Notes: generated by a model not told the origin, from the sequence alone. DNA of 64,000 nucleotides from Candidatus Heimdallarchaeota archaeon (GCA_048881705.1 JBHLSH010000001.1:1-64000); one strand, 5' to 3'; positions 9,506 through 20,159 are shown, numbered from the stretch's first letter. A program made the numbers and translations.

Positions 9506-10708
9506 GTGAAACAAATGCAACAGCGTTTATCATTTCCATTTTCAGCGATTGTTTCATCAGAAAAGCTAAAACTTGCGATCTTGATAAATGCGATAAACCC
9601 CAAAATTGGAGGAGTATTGATCCAAGGTCCAAAAGGTTCAGGAAAAACTACGATAGTAAGGAGTCTAACTGCAATACTGCCAAAAATCAATGTTGTAAAA
9701 GGCTGCCCTTTCAACTGTAATCCGGAAGATCCAACCAAAATGTGCGAGAATTGCACCGAAAAACACCACAACGGCGAAAGTTTCCTTACCGAAGAGAGAG
9801 ATATGAGGGTTGTAGATCTTCCTTTAGGAGCAACTGAGGATAGAGTCATTGGAAGTTTAAATGTCGAAAAAGCTATAAAACACGGAATTGAAGCATTAGA
9901 ACCAGGGATTCTGGCAGAGGCTAATCAAAACATCCTATATGTCGACGAAATAAACTTGTTGCCAGATCATTTGGCTGACGATTTGCTGGATGCTGCCGCA
10001 ACAGGCTGGAATGTAGTAGAACGTGAGGGAATATCAGTACGACATCCTTCATTTTTCATTTTCATTGGTACAATGAATCCGGAAGAAGGGCAATTAAGGC
10101 CCCAACTCCTAGATCGGTTCTCTTTGTCGGTTTCGGTTGAACCAATATTATCTGCAAAGCAAAGAATGGAAGTAGTAAAGAAAAATCTTGACTTCGAGGC
10201 GAATCCTCAACATTTCCTTGGTACTCAAAAAATTGCGCAAGAAGAATTAATTGATCGAATAATGTATGCTAGAAAAATCCTATCCGAGGTAGAAATGCCA
10301 GAGAACCTTTTGGAGGTCGTATGTCGAAGCTGCATAGAATTAGAGGTAGACGGGATGAGACCTGACATTGTGATTAGTAAAGCGGCAGCAACACTCGCGG
10401 CGTTTGAAAAAAGAAGGATAGTTACCCCCGATGATATCGCAATCGCCTCTGAACTCACATTAAGACATAGAACTAGAAAAGGGGGATTTTTAGAACCCGC
10501 TTCCCGAGACGAAATCTCTAAGATATTCATGGCCAAAATCAAGAAACTGAAATACGTGGAAAAGCCAAAACGTGAAACTGAAAACGAAAGTCCGAAGGAA
10601 CAACCGAAAGGGCGGACTGCAATTTGGGCAAAACAGAAACTAACTGAAGAACAAGAAAAAATGGTAAAAAAAAAAAGAGTAGAGGAAGAAGATTCTTTTC
10701 CTTCATGA
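9506..10708 (+). CDS. ChlI/BchI-type AAA+ ATPase (Mg/Co-chelatase ATPase family); N-terminal half of a ChlD-like gene
   Basis: FPFSAIV, Walker [23 protein letters not shown], Walker [27 protein letters not shown], ending in a charged tail. Confidence 0.92.
   Translation: MKQMQQRLSFPFSAIVSSEKLKLAILINAINPKIGGVLIQGPKGSGKTTIVRSLTAILPKINVVKGCPFNCNPEDPTKMCENCTEKHHNGESFLTEERDMRVVDLPLGATEDRVIGSLNVEKAIKHGIEALEPGILAEANQNILYVDEINLLPDHLADDLLDAAATGWNVVEREGISVRHPSFFIFIGTMNPEEGQLRPQLLDRFSLSVSVEPILSAKQRMEVVKKNLDFEANPQHFLGTQKIAQEELIDRIMYARKILSEVEMPENLLEVVCRSCIELEVDGMRPDIVISKAAATLAAFEKRRIVTPDDIAIASELTLRHRTRKGGFLEPASRDEISKIFMAKIKKLKYVEKPKRETENESPKEQPKGRTAIWAKQKLTEEQEKMVKKKRVEEEDSFPS
10666..10676 (+). other. 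A11 homopolymer, candidate -1 frameshift / slippage site joining the AAA+ and vWA ORFs
   Basis: ATG GTA AAA AAA AAA AGA in frame 0. The -1 frame is open from 10648 and reads AAA AAA AAA AAG AGT AGA GGA straight into 10705..11880. Confidence 0.6.
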
Positions 10709-11880
10709 GACGTCTCGGTCCTGTTTTTGGCTTTGGCAGAAGAATGGGAGAATCTCCAAAAAAAGCTCCAGTAACCGATGGTGTAGTTAAAGGTACAGAA
10801 GATCTGGGTGGGGAGATTTCGGATGCGATTGATTCTGATAAATTACCAGGAATTCCAACAATAAGTAGAGCCGTACGACCTCCTCCAATATCTGAAGGAA
10901 AAAGTCTCATTTCCAGAGTGAGAGAAAGCATTTTATTCCCATTTAAGTTAATTTTCAAAATAAAAACTCCGAGAGGAACCAGTAGCTTTGTGGGAAAAAG
11001 AGTAGAGACCGTTACCACTCTCCATCGAGGTCGGCCTTGGGGATGGAAAATTCCCAAAGACAAACCTTCTGATATCCATTTACCCGCAACAATAAGAACT
11101 GCAGCAAGAAAGCAGAGATTTCGACAATCTTCTTCTGAATTGGCCTTGCAAATTTCTTTGGAGGATGTACGAGAGAAAGTAAGGCGATATAAGGCGCCCA
11201 TGACCTCGATCTTTGTAATTGATCTCAGTGGGTCGATGTTATTCAGTTTAGAAGAAGCAAAAGAGGCATTACTAAGACTCCACAGAGATGCTTATCAATA
11301 TCGAGATAAAGTAGGGATAGTAGCTTTGAAGGAAACATCTGCCGAGGTTGTTCAACATCCCATTACTAATTTGGGAGTCGTTGCAAACAAACTTCTGGGA
11401 TTGGGGATTAGTGGATTTACTCCATTGGCTTCAGGTATGTTGAAGGCATTAGAGGTTTTAAAAGAAGCTAAACGTCGAGATAGGGCAACCATACCAGTAA
11501 TGATTATTATAACTGATGGAAATGCCAATGTTCCACTTCATAGAGGCATAGATGGAAAAAATCGAGATTTCAGTACATTAGGTATAGTATTACGAGAATT
11601 TGAGGACTTGGCGGTTAAGGACACGCTGGAAATATCAAAATTGCTTAAAAAAGAAGGAATTCATACCGTTGTTGTTAATACAAACCAACATCTCTATGGC
11701 CGTGAGACTTACGGCTATACTGTTACGAAATTAATCGCTATGACCACAAATGGAAGTCATCATCAGGTGGATAGACTTGCTGAAGGAAAGGAGCTTGTTG
11801 ATATGATGTTTGCAGGAATCAGTGACGATCAAAAGAGAGTTTCGCATGGCGCTTCGTTGTCTCTACGTAATTTGTTTTGA
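10705..11880 (+). CDS. ChlD-type linker plus von Willebrand factor A domain; C-terminal half of a ChlD-like gene
   Basis: [54 protein letters not shown]; ~100 low-complexity N-terminal residues; ATGA overlap with the upstream ORF. Confidence 0.9.
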   Translation: MRRLGPVFGFGRRMGESPKKAPVTDGVVKGTEDLGGEISDAIDSDKLPGIPTISRAVRPPPISEGKSLISRVRESILFPFKLIFKIKTPRGTSSFVGKRVETVTTLHRGRPWGWKIPKDKPSDIHLPATIRTAARKQRFRQSSSELALQISLEDVREKVRRYKAPMTSIFVIDLSGSMLFSLEEAKEALLRLHRDAYQYRDKVGIVALKETSAEVVQHPITNLGVVANKLLGLGISGFTPLASGMLKALEVLKEAKRRDRATIPVMIIITDGNANVPLHRGIDGKNRDFSTLGIVLREFEDLAVKDTLEISKLLKKEGIHTVVVNTNQHLYGRETYGYTVTKLIAMTTNGSHHQVDRLAEGKELVDMMFAGISDDQKRVSHGASLSLRNLF

Positions 11881-12070
11881 GGATATAAGCGCCCAAGAAA
11901 TTGAATTTTGAATTACTTCGGAATAGTGATTGAAGCCTCGTTTTCATCGAATTTTTCCTCAAACTTTACAGTTTATCCTTGGATAGATTTTTGCTGAAAC
12001 ACAAAATATAGATAAGGTAGTGGCCAGAAAAGAATTAACAATAGTTAAGGATACCTTGAGATTGTGAGAA

Positions 12071-12853
12071 ATGTCCGAAACACCTTCATTCCCAGCTAAA
12101 AGCGAAAATTACCAGCATCTTTTCCAGTCAATGAGAACAGACCGTTGGTGGGTCGATCCATTACTAAAGGCACTGATTCTGATCATATTCGGCGCGTACA
12201 CAGGGTGGTCAATGTGGATTGGTGTAGATTTCAAATATAATCACTATATCAGCCCTATTTACTCCCCAGAGATCGAAATTGCTGGTTGGCCATTTTCTCC
12301 TGCATTTATTCTTATCTGGGCGCCCTTAGGATTCAGGTTTACCTGTTATTATGCAAGAAGAGTCTATTACCGGATTTTTTTCTTTGACCCTCCGAGTTGT
12401 GCAGTTAATGAGGTACAAGCCATTCGGTATCGATATAAGGGGGAAAATCAAAAATTCCCTTTACCATTTGTTTTAAACAATCTTCACCGTTACTTTCTTT
12501 ACATGGCAATTATTCTAGCTGCCATTCATTGGGTAGATACCATTATAGCATTAAGTTTTGAAGGAGGAATAGGAATAGGTTTAGGATCTGTACTCATTTT
12601 CACAGATGCTTTATTCCTTTCTCTTTATGTTGCATCATGCCATTCATTTCGCCATTTGGTCGGTGGAGGCCTGAACTGCTATTCCTGCTCTAAAGTTCGG
12701 TACGAAGGATGGAGAATAGTAAGTCGGCTAAACAAGTACCACTATGTATTTTTTTGGATGAGTTTGGTTTGGGTAGTAATTGTCGATCTCTACATAAGAT
12801 TGCTAGTACTGGGGATTCTTTCCGATCCATTTATTGTGTTGATCCCTCTTTAA
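12071..12853 (+). CDS. Succinate dehydrogenase membrane anchor, actinobacterial Sdh1 (type F)-like
   Basis: GFRFTCYYARRVYYR, LHRYFLY, SCHSFRHLVGG, LNKYHYVFFW resemble the mycobacterial Sdh1 anchor; first gene of the sdh operon. Confidence 0.75.
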   Translation: MSETPSFPAKSENYQHLFQSMRTDRWWVDPLLKALILIIFGAYTGWSMWIGVDFKYNHYISPIYSPEIEIAGWPFSPAFILIWAPLGFRFTCYYARRVYYRIFFFDPPSCAVNEVQAIRYRYKGENQKFPLPFVLNNLHRYFLYMAIILAAIHWVDTIIALSFEGGIGIGLGSVLIFTDALFLSLYVASCHSFRHLVGGGLNCYSCSKVRYEGWRIVSRLNKYHYVFFWMSLVWVVIVDLYIRLLVLGILSDPFIVLIPL

Positions 12854-12875
12854 CATAAGTCTTGGAGCCTTCATT

Positions 12876-14708
12876 ATGTCTGAAATCAACATAAAAGACG
12901 AACTTGACGATTTAGAGAGATTTCGCCACGATGTCTTAGTTATCGGGGCAGGAGGAGCTGGATTACGAGCTGCAATCGGAGCTGCGGAAAAAAAACTCAG
13001 TGTTGGAGTGATTTGCAAATCATTATTGGGTAAAGCCCATACGGTAATGGCTGAAGGAGGGATTGCAGCTGCGCTCGGAGATGCAGATCCCAACGATAAC
13101 TGGAAGATCCATTTTAGGGATACAATGAGAGGAGGAAAATTGCATAGTGACTGGCGGATGGCAAGACTACATGGTCAACTAGCTCCTGAAAGAGTGAAAG
13201 AGCTTGAAAAATGGGGGGCCGTCTTTGACCGTACAAGAACTGGAAAAATAAGCCAAAGACATTTTGGAGGACATACTTTCCAACGCTTGGCCCATGTTGG
13301 TGACCGAACAGGACTTGAGATCATCAGAACTCTACAAAACAAGGTCATTCACCAGAAGAATGTCAAAATATACATGGAATGTACTGTGACCCAAATAATT
13401 GTCGAGGAAGGAAAAGTTGTAGGCGTGTTTGGTTATAACCGTCAAGATGGAAGGTTAATGTTGTTTGAGGTGGATACAGCAATAATTGCAACAGGAGGGA
13501 TGGGTAAGTGTTATCGAGTAACCTCTAACTCGTGGGAATATACTGGTGATGGTTTTGGACTTGCCTATGACGCGGGCGCAGAACTAGTTGACATGGAATT
13601 TGTACAGTTTCATCCAACAGGTATGCTTTTTCCTTCCAGCGTCGCGGGAATTCTGGTAACTGAAGGAGTCCGAGGAGAGGGGGGTGTTCTTCTCAATAAT
13701 AAAGGGGAGAGATTTATGTTTAACTATATACCTGAGTTTTTCAAGAACGATTATGCTGATACTGAAGAAGAGGCGGAAAGATGGGGCATGGGGGATAATT
13801 CGGCAAGACGACCTCCTGAATTATTAACCAGGGACGTGGTGGCGAGGGCCATTATATCCGAAGTAAAGGCAGGAAGAGGTTCTCCTCATGGAGGCGTTTT
13901 TCTGGACATTGCGTCAAGGAAATCTAGGGAAGAAATCCTAAAAAAACTCCCCTCTATGCATCATCAATTCTTAACTCTAGCCCAATTAGATATTACAAAG
14001 GAACCTATGGAGGTTGGGCCTACTTGCCATTATTTTATGGGGGGTATTAGAGTAGATCCATTTACGCAGGAGACTTCAATTAAGGGATTGTATGCTGCGG
14101 GCGAAGCTTCAAGCGGTTTACATGGTGCAAATAGACTGGGTGGAAATTCTTTATCTGATTTACTTGTCTTCGGGGCGTTAGCAGGAGAAGCTGCGGCAGA
14201 ATATGCATCTTCATTAACCAAGGAGTCCAACGTTTCGGAAACTAGATTGATGGACGCTATTAATCAGGTTTTAATGTATTTCGATCCAAAACGAACTGAG
14301 GACCCATATAGGCTTCATGATGAGCTCAAAGATATAATGGAAGAGCACATTGGAATTGCCCGCAGTGAGGAGAATATTAAGGTCGGAATCAATAAATTAA
14401 AAGAAATATCCACGAAAATAAATAATGTGGGCGTGTTAGAAGGAGGAAGAAAATACAATCCCAACTGGCATTTATGTATTGATCTTCATCATATGTTCAT
14501 TACTAGCATTGCAATTGCAAGAGGGGCTTTAGAGAGGAAAGAAAGTAGGGGCGCACACACAAGAGTTGATTATCCAGAATCCAATCCAGATTTGACAGAT
14601 TTGCTCATTGTACTAAAAAAAGGTGACGATGGAACCCTTGAAGTTACTCATGAAAAATATCCCAAGATCTCTGACGATTTGGAGGAACTAATCGAGCAAG
14701 AGGTTTGA
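12876..14708 (+). CDS. sdhA: Succinate dehydrogenase / fumarate reductase flavoprotein subunit
   Basis: GAGGAG, covalent-FAD motif GKAHTVMAEGG, QFHPTG, TEGVRGEGG, HYFMGG, HGANRLGGNSL, ESRGAH. Confidence 0.95.
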   Translation: MSEINIKDELDDLERFRHDVLVIGAGGAGLRAAIGAAEKKLSVGVICKSLLGKAHTVMAEGGIAAALGDADPNDNWKIHFRDTMRGGKLHSDWRMARLHGQLAPERVKELEKWGAVFDRTRTGKISQRHFGGHTFQRLAHVGDRTGLEIIRTLQNKVIHQKNVKIYMECTVTQIIVEEGKVVGVFGYNRQDGRLMLFEVDTAIIATGGMGKCYRVTSNSWEYTGDGFGLAYDAGAELVDMEFVQFHPTGMLFPSSVAGILVTEGVRGEGGVLLNNKGERFMFNYIPEFFKNDYADTEEEAERWGMGDNSARRPPELLTRDVVARAIISEVKAGRGSPHGGVFLDIASRKSREEILKKLPSMHHQFLTLAQLDITKEPMEVGPTCHYFMGGIRVDPFTQETSIKGLYAAGEASSGLHGANRLGGNSLSDLLVFGALAGEAAAEYASSLTKESNVSETRLMDAINQVLMYFDPKRTEDPYRLHDELKDIMEEHIGIARSEENIKVGINKLKEISTKINNVGVLEGGRKYNPNWHLCIDLHHMFITSIAIARGALERKESRGAHTRVDYPESNPDLTDLLIVLKKGDDGTLEVTHEKYPKISDDLEELIEQEV

Positions 14709-14711
14709 AGT

Positions 14712-15500
14712 TTGCAGAACAAGTCACAATTGCAGAAAGCTACGTTAATCATTCAAAGGGGGGAGAATAAGGAGGTTATCCGTATGGAGGAATTTGATGT
14801 TGACCTTGAACCGGGTTCCGTGGTTCTTGATGCCGTTCATGCTGTTCAGGCATTACATGCCAAAGATCTGGCAGTTCGTTGGAATTGTAAAGCTGGAAAA
14901 TGTGGTTCCTGTTCGGCTGAGATTAATGGACTACCCAAATTAATGTGTATGACTCGGCTTTCAGATTATGACCTAACTGAACCCATTATTGTAAAACCAA
15001 TGGCTACTTTCCCCTTGATTAAGGACCTTGTCACCGATGTCTCTTGGAATTATGAAGTAAATCGAAAAATCACTCCTCTAGCATTTCCAGATATCAAAAA
15101 ACCCCGTGTAATGCAGGAAGATGTTGATAGAATACAGGAATTTCGAAAATGCATCGAATGTTATCTTTGTCAGGATATATGCCATGTTCTTAGAACTCAT
15201 GAGAAATTCGAGGAATTTGTCGGTCCGCGATTTCTTCTTCGTTTGGCGAATTTGGATATGCATCCTCTAGATACCGAAGATAGAGCCGCAGCCGTAAAAA
15301 ACGAGTTTGGCATCGGATATTGTAATATTACAAAGTGTTGTACTGAAGTTTGTCCCGAAAATATCCAAATCACTGATAATGCGATAATTCCTTTAAAGGA
15401 AAGAGTCGCAGATAGGTACTACGATCCTTTAAAGTGGATTTGGCGAAAAATATTCGGATTTAAGAAGGAAAAAAAATTGTTATCAAGGCAAGAAAACTGA
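14712..15500 (+). CDS. sdhB: Succinate dehydrogenase / fumarate reductase iron-sulfur subunit
   Basis: CKAGKCGSC..C, CIECYLCQDIC, CNITKCCTEVCP. Confidence 0.95.
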   Translation: MQNKSQLQKATLIIQRGENKEVIRMEEFDVDLEPGSVVLDAVHAVQALHAKDLAVRWNCKAGKCGSCSAEINGLPKLMCMTRLSDYDLTEPIIVKPMATFPLIKDLVTDVSWNYEVNRKITPLAFPDIKKPRVMQEDVDRIQEFRKCIECYLCQDICHVLRTHEKFEEFVGPRFLLRLANLDMHPLDTEDRAAAVKNEFGIGYCNITKCCTEVCPENIQITDNAIIPLKERVADRYYDPLKWIWRKIFGFKKEKKLLSRQEN

Positions 15501-15502
15501 TT

Positions 15503-16933
15503 TTATGAATGGGGGGATGTTTTTAAATTGAAACATACCACTTTGGGTTCAGTCATCTCCATAAGCGCGAATTTTATCCCTTCTCGACCCAATCCAGAAT
15601 TCTTAATTCCTCCAAAAGGCATAGAATCCAATCTATAATCAGTGCTTTCATTAACAATTACTCCACCACATTCTAGCAGATAGATTGCTTTGAATGCAAG
15701 ATCAATGTCCTGAGTAAATATCGCCGCATGTAATCCATAATTAACCTTGTTTGCTTCTTCAATTGCTTCTTCAAAGGAGGATATTCGATAAATACTTACA
15801 ACTGGTGCAAATACTTCATCGCAGTCTAGGGTCATGTCCTTTGTTACGTTTTCAAGGATTGTAGGTTCAAACAATGCCCCTTCGCGATTTCCTCCCAGTA
15901 AAAGGGTCGCACCCCTCTCGATTGCTTCATTTACCCAATTTTCAATACGTTTGGCCTCCGTCTCGTTTATCATCGGTCCCATATCACAATCCTCCTCCAA
16001 TTTATTACCAATTTTATATTTCTTTGTCCGTTCTACAATCCTAGCAACGAACTCTTCGTAGATTGTGGTATGTACAAGGAGTCTTTGAACGCCTATACAA
16101 TTCTGGCCGGCAGCCCAAAATGCTCCTGATACGCAGCTTTCAACTGCATACTCTAACTCAGCATCGTGCCACACGATAACAGGACTATTTGAACCGAGTT
16201 CCATACCTACCTTCTTTATACCTGAAATCTTTAGTATCTGCTGTGCAGCTTCAACGCCCCCCGTGAAACTAATCATTCTAATCCGCTCATCGGTTACCAG
16301 GGAATCGCCAATCTCAGAGCCAAAGCCAGTCACTATATTGATGATTTCCCTAGGTAAGCCAGCAGCCAAAAATCCTTCAACAAGCTTTATTGCAGAAAGA
16401 GGGGTCATTGACGCGGGCTTGAGAACAACCGAATTTCCTCCCGCAATTGCGGGACCAAGTTTGTGGGCAACAAGATTAAGAGGATCATTAAACGGAGTTA
16501 TACAGGCAATTGGCCCGATGGGAAAGCGATAGTAATAACCAATCTTGTTTTCTGCTCCTGGAAAACTGTCAAAAGGAATTGTTTCCCCTATTACTCTGCG
16601 AGCTTCCTCCGCAGAAACTTTGAGAGTATTAATGCATCGAGCTACTTCTTTACGGGCCTCACGAATGGTTTTAGAACCTTCCCTAGCGATTGTCTGGCTA
16701 AAATCTTCAAAATGATCCTTAACATAATTGGCGGTTTTTTCAAGGATTTCCATCCGTTTATGTGTTGGCAGTGCACGACACTTTTGATAGCCCCTTACTG
16801 CGCTTTCAATAGCCTTTTGTACATCCTTGTCCGTAACTCGTGGTACGGTATCAATGATTGAGCCGTCATACGGATCAAAAACATCGATTTTTTCATTCCT
16901 TTCAATCCATTCTCCAGCAAGCAGAATTTTCAT
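15503..16933 (-). CDS. NAD(P)-dependent aldehyde dehydrogenase (archaeal lactaldehyde DH / GAPN-like)
   Basis: ITPFNDPL, KPAS, SFTGG, MELGSN, GQNCIG, EVFAP, PFGGIKNSGLGREG. Confidence 0.9.
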   Translation of the reverse strand: MKILLAGEWIERNEKIDVFDPYDGSIIDTVPRVTDKDVQKAIESAVRGYQKCRALPTHKRMEILEKTANYVKDHFEDFSQTIAREGSKTIREARKEVARCINTLKVSAEEARRVIGETIPFDSFPGAENKIGYYYRFPIGPIACITPFNDPLNLVAHKLGPAIAGGNSVVLKPASMTPLSAIKLVEGFLAAGLPREIINIVTGFGSEIGDSLVTDERIRMISFTGGVEAAQQILKISGIKKVGMELGSNSPVIVWHDAELEYAVESCVSGAFWAAGQNCIGVQRLLVHTTIYEEFVARIVERTKKYKIGNKLEEDCDMGPMINETEAKRIENWVNEAIERGATLLLGGNREGALFEPTILENVTKDMTLDCDEVFAPVVSIYRISSFEEAIEEANKVNYGLHAAIFTQDIDLAFKAIYLLECGGVIVNESTDYRLDSMPFGGIKNSGLGREGIKFALMEMTEPKVVCFNLKTSPHS

Positions 16934-17069
16934 AGCTGATCACCTTTGAAGGAATAAAGGGGTCTGAGCTTCTAAAAATTGTGGTTATCCCCCCAAAGGT
17001 CACGCCTAGCTGGGAGCTAGTAATCAATTGAAGATACTCTAGAAGTTCTCAAAAACCATCAGAGGCTCA

Positions 17070-18611
17070 TTAACCGAATTTAATGCCTTGAGCTAATGGT
17101 AGTTTGTCACTCCAATTAATTGTATTAGTTTGACGACGCATATAACCTTTCCAAGCATCAGAACCTGCCTCTCGACCTCCTCCAGTTTCTTTCGTGCCAC
17201 CAAAGGCCCCTCCGATCTCAGCACCGGAAGTACCAATATTTACATTAGCTATACCGCAATCACTCCCGATGGCCGATAGAAATCGCTCTGCTGATTTCAA
17301 AGAATCCGTGAAAATTGCCGATGATAATCCCTGAGGGACACCATTATGGAGCTGTATTGCATGGTCTAGATCCTTAAAAGGAATAAGATACAAGATTGGG
17401 GCAAACGTTTCGTGACAGACCCGTTGAACATTGTCATTAACCTGAACAAGAGCAGGAGTGACATAATTACCTACTTGATCAAGCTTTTTCCCACCATATA
17501 CAATCTTGCCTCCTTGACCTGGAAGTTCTTCTAATGCCTCTTGCATGTCTTCAACCGCGAGTTTATCTACAAGTGGTCCCATTAAAATCCCATCTTCCAA
17601 TGGATTTCCAATCGTAATTTGTTTGTAAGCTTTGATTAATCGTTCTGTGAGTTCACCAATTATTTTTTCATGGGCAATAATCCGCCTGGTTGTTGTACAT
17701 CGCTGTCCTGCGGTTCCAATGGCTCCAAAGATAATGGCCCTCTCTGTCAATTCCAAATTTGCATCATCCATTACCACAATCGCATTATTGCCTCCCAATT
17801 CCAAGATAGAACGAGCGAACCTTCTAGCTGTGACTTCAGCCACTCGTCTTCCCATTCTTGTGCTTCCCGTAAATGAAATCAATGGAATCCGGTCATCATG
17901 AATAAGCTTTTCACCAATAGACGATCCTTTACCGATACAAATGTTGAAAATCCCCTCCACTCCATTTTTCGCCATAACTTTGTTAGCGATCTTCTGAATG
18001 GCAATAGCACATAAAGGAACTTTTGAGGAAGGTTTCCAAATCATTGTATCACCTGCAACAGCCGCTATCATGGCATTCCATGACCAAACAGCCATAGGAA
18101 AGTTAAATGCAGTTATAATCCCAATAGCTCCCAATGGATGCCATTGTTCAAACATTCTATGCATAGATCTTTCAGATTTCATTGTGAGACCGTAAAGTTG
18201 TCTGGAAAGGCCAACCGCAAAATCTGCTATGTCTATTACTTCTTGAACTTCGCCCATTCCTTCCTGTACAATTTTTCCCATTTCTAGAGTGATTAATTTG
18301 CCTAGTGGTTCTTTTAACTCCCTTATTTCGTTTGCAAACTGACGAACAATATCTCCTCTTTTTGGGGCCGGGAGCATTTGCCATTCTCTGAAATTTTCTA
18401 CAGCTGCCTTCACAACTATTTCGTAGTCGTCATCATTAGCCTGTGCTACTTTTGCAATTACTGTATTATCTATTGGAGATCTGACTTCTAAAAGATCTCT
18501 ACCCTCAATGGGGGTCCAATGTCCCAATCCAAAACTGGCTCCAGAATTGATTTCCTCTATCTCAAGTTTCTTCAAAAATGAATATTCCTGTTTTATCAGT
18601 GAACTTTCCAT
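17070..18611 (-). CDS. Aldehyde dehydrogenase family 7 (aminoadipate-semialdehyde dehydrogenase / antiquitin-like)
   Basis: GEVQEVIDIADFAVGLSRQL, ITAFNFPMAVWSWN, ELGGNNA, GTAGQRCTT, GAEIGGAFGG, GGGREAGSD. Confidence 0.9.
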   Translation of the reverse strand: MESSLIKQEYSFLKKLEIEEINSGASFGLGHWTPIEGRDLLEVRSPIDNTVIAKVAQANDDDYEIVVKAAVENFREWQMLPAPKRGDIVRQFANEIRELKEPLGKLITLEMGKIVQEGMGEVQEVIDIADFAVGLSRQLYGLTMKSERSMHRMFEQWHPLGAIGIITAFNFPMAVWSWNAMIAAVAGDTMIWKPSSKVPLCAIAIQKIANKVMAKNGVEGIFNICIGKGSSIGEKLIHDDRIPLISFTGSTRMGRRVAEVTARRFARSILELGGNNAIVVMDDANLELTERAIIFGAIGTAGQRCTTTRRIIAHEKIIGELTERLIKAYKQITIGNPLEDGILMGPLVDKLAVEDMQEALEELPGQGGKIVYGGKKLDQVGNYVTPALVQVNDNVQRVCHETFAPILYLIPFKDLDHAIQLHNGVPQGLSSAIFTDSLKSAERFLSAIGSDCGIANVNIGTSGAEIGGAFGGTKETGGGREAGSDAWKGYMRRQTNTINWSDKLPLAQGIKFG

Positions 18612-18790
18612 CTAGTTTTACTCTCCAGGCTTGGTTTTAGGTTCAATAAGAAGTATCCGGTTTCCATAGGAATCTAAATCAGCAAATCCTCCCCTTTTTT
18701 TCCGATTTCGCTTCCTATCGAAGCGATCTGTTTTTTACTTAAAATGGATTTCTTTCAATCAATGGAGTTTCTCTTTTTGAGGTTTAAGAT

Positions 18791-19117
18791 ATGAGCTATA
18801 TGATTACTAAGGACATTGCTTTGCAGGTAACCGATTTAGAATCACTAGTCGATTTTTTTAGGAATATTCTTAGACAAGAAATAACCGAACTTAAACAGGA
18901 TACCTATAAGGTCAAAACAAAAGGATATAATCTTTATCTAACAAGTGGATCAGAATTTAGTGTCATAATAGAAGTCCTGGTCGATGATATCGAGAAAATG
19001 AAACAAGAATGTCTTGATAGTGGTTGTGACGTTGTTCGTTGGAATGATGGTGATTATTGGTTGAAGCATCCTTTGGGATTTACTTTTAACATCGATATTA
19101 AAAGAGATCAGGGATAG
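18791..19117 (+). CDS. VOC / glyoxalase-like protein
   Basis: IALQVTDLESLVDFFRNIL.. and C-terminal YWLKHPLGFTFNI fit the VOC beta-alpha-beta-beta-beta pattern. Confidence 0.6.
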   Translation: MSYMITKDIALQVTDLESLVDFFRNILRQEITELKQDTYKVKTKGYNLYLTSGSEFSVIIEVLVDDIEKMKQECLDSGCDVVRWNDGDYWLKHPLGFTFNIDIKRDQG

Positions 19118-19141
19118 TTACTTGTTGGTTTTTAGAATCGT

Positions 19142-19966
19142 TTATTTTTTCTCTTTTTTAAAGATATTAAAGAATTCATTACTGGTTTTTCTATCATAGA
19201 AGGCAAGAAGATAAGGCAAGCGACGGAATTTTGGGGTAAAAACGATTGGATTTCCAGCTAGATCTGTACAGATTCCCCCTGCTTCTTCCACGATTACCTT
19301 GGGGATGCCAAAATCGTGTGGGCTCGCCATGTGGTACATTTCAACACGGGCATTACCTTCAGCAATTGCGATCATTCCATGATGAGCACTCAGCGTATCA
19401 AATGGTTGCAGGCCCATTTCTTGAACGATTGGAAGAAGATCATCACACCTCTTTTGTACGTATCTATCAGCCGCTTTGTCGGGTCTAGAAAAAACTAGCT
19501 CAGATCCTGAACCTGTCAGCAGTCGAACTCCCTGTCCTTTTTCAGCATAATAAAGACGATCAAGTACCGGAAAATAGATGGCACTAGCGACAAACTGCAA
19601 ATCGTGTGAGAAGGCTGCTCCGATTGCAAAATCATCGCGATTCTTTAGGTAAGCGAGTGTCCCATCAAGCGGATCCAGATGAAAACATAAACCAGATTTA
19701 TTGTTCTTAAATAATTCAGTTCTCGATGTCTCTTCTTCTACGTTTATCCTGACTTCAGGCAGATTTGTATATAGAATTTCGAGAGCAATATCCTGTACCA
19801 GATCGTCAACCAGTGTATGAGCAGTTGAACTTTCTTTTACTTTGTCAGTTGGCAAGTCTGACTTTTTGGGTATGTTTTCTACCCTTCCTCGAAAGGCGTT
19901 AAGGATTAATCCTCCTGTAACGACAATGGTCTTGAGAATGCTGAACCTGCTGGGGATTTTTGTCAA
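19142..19966 (-). CDS. Inositol monophosphatase / FIG superfamily phosphatase
   Basis: VEEE, LDPLDGT, HDFG..VIVEEAGG. Confidence 0.85.
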   Translation of the reverse strand: MTKIPSRFSILKTIVVTGGLILNAFRGRVENIPKKSDLPTDKVKESSTAHTLVDDLVQDIALEILYTNLPEVRINVEEETSRTELFKNNKSGLCFHLDPLDGTLAYLKNRDDFAIGAAFSHDLQFVASAIYFPVLDRLYYAEKGQGVRLLTGSGSELVFSRPDKAADRYVQKRCDDLLPIVQEMGLQPFDTLSAHHGMIAIAEGNARVEMYHMASPHDFGIPKVIVEEAGGICTDLAGNPIVFTPKFRRLPYLLAFYDRKTSNEFFNIFKKEKK

Positions 19967-20159
19967 TGAGTTTCCCTTGAATAAAATGGATTCCCCAAAT
20001 TTAAAAGTCGCTGTGTGTTTTTATCCAGATTTTTGGTAGTATCAGCCCATAAACTTGAACAAGGTGTATTGAAAAAAGCCCCATAAACGTGGATTTTGGC
20101 GTTTACCCCAGAATATAATGAAAAATAGTCATGATCAGTTTGGGCGTTCGCAATTCTTA

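Noticed and set aside
10539-11201. 220-aa antisense ORF over the AAA+/vWA junction
   Set aside because: Shadow of two well-supported + strand genes; no motif, and its FFFL run just mirrors the A-tract.
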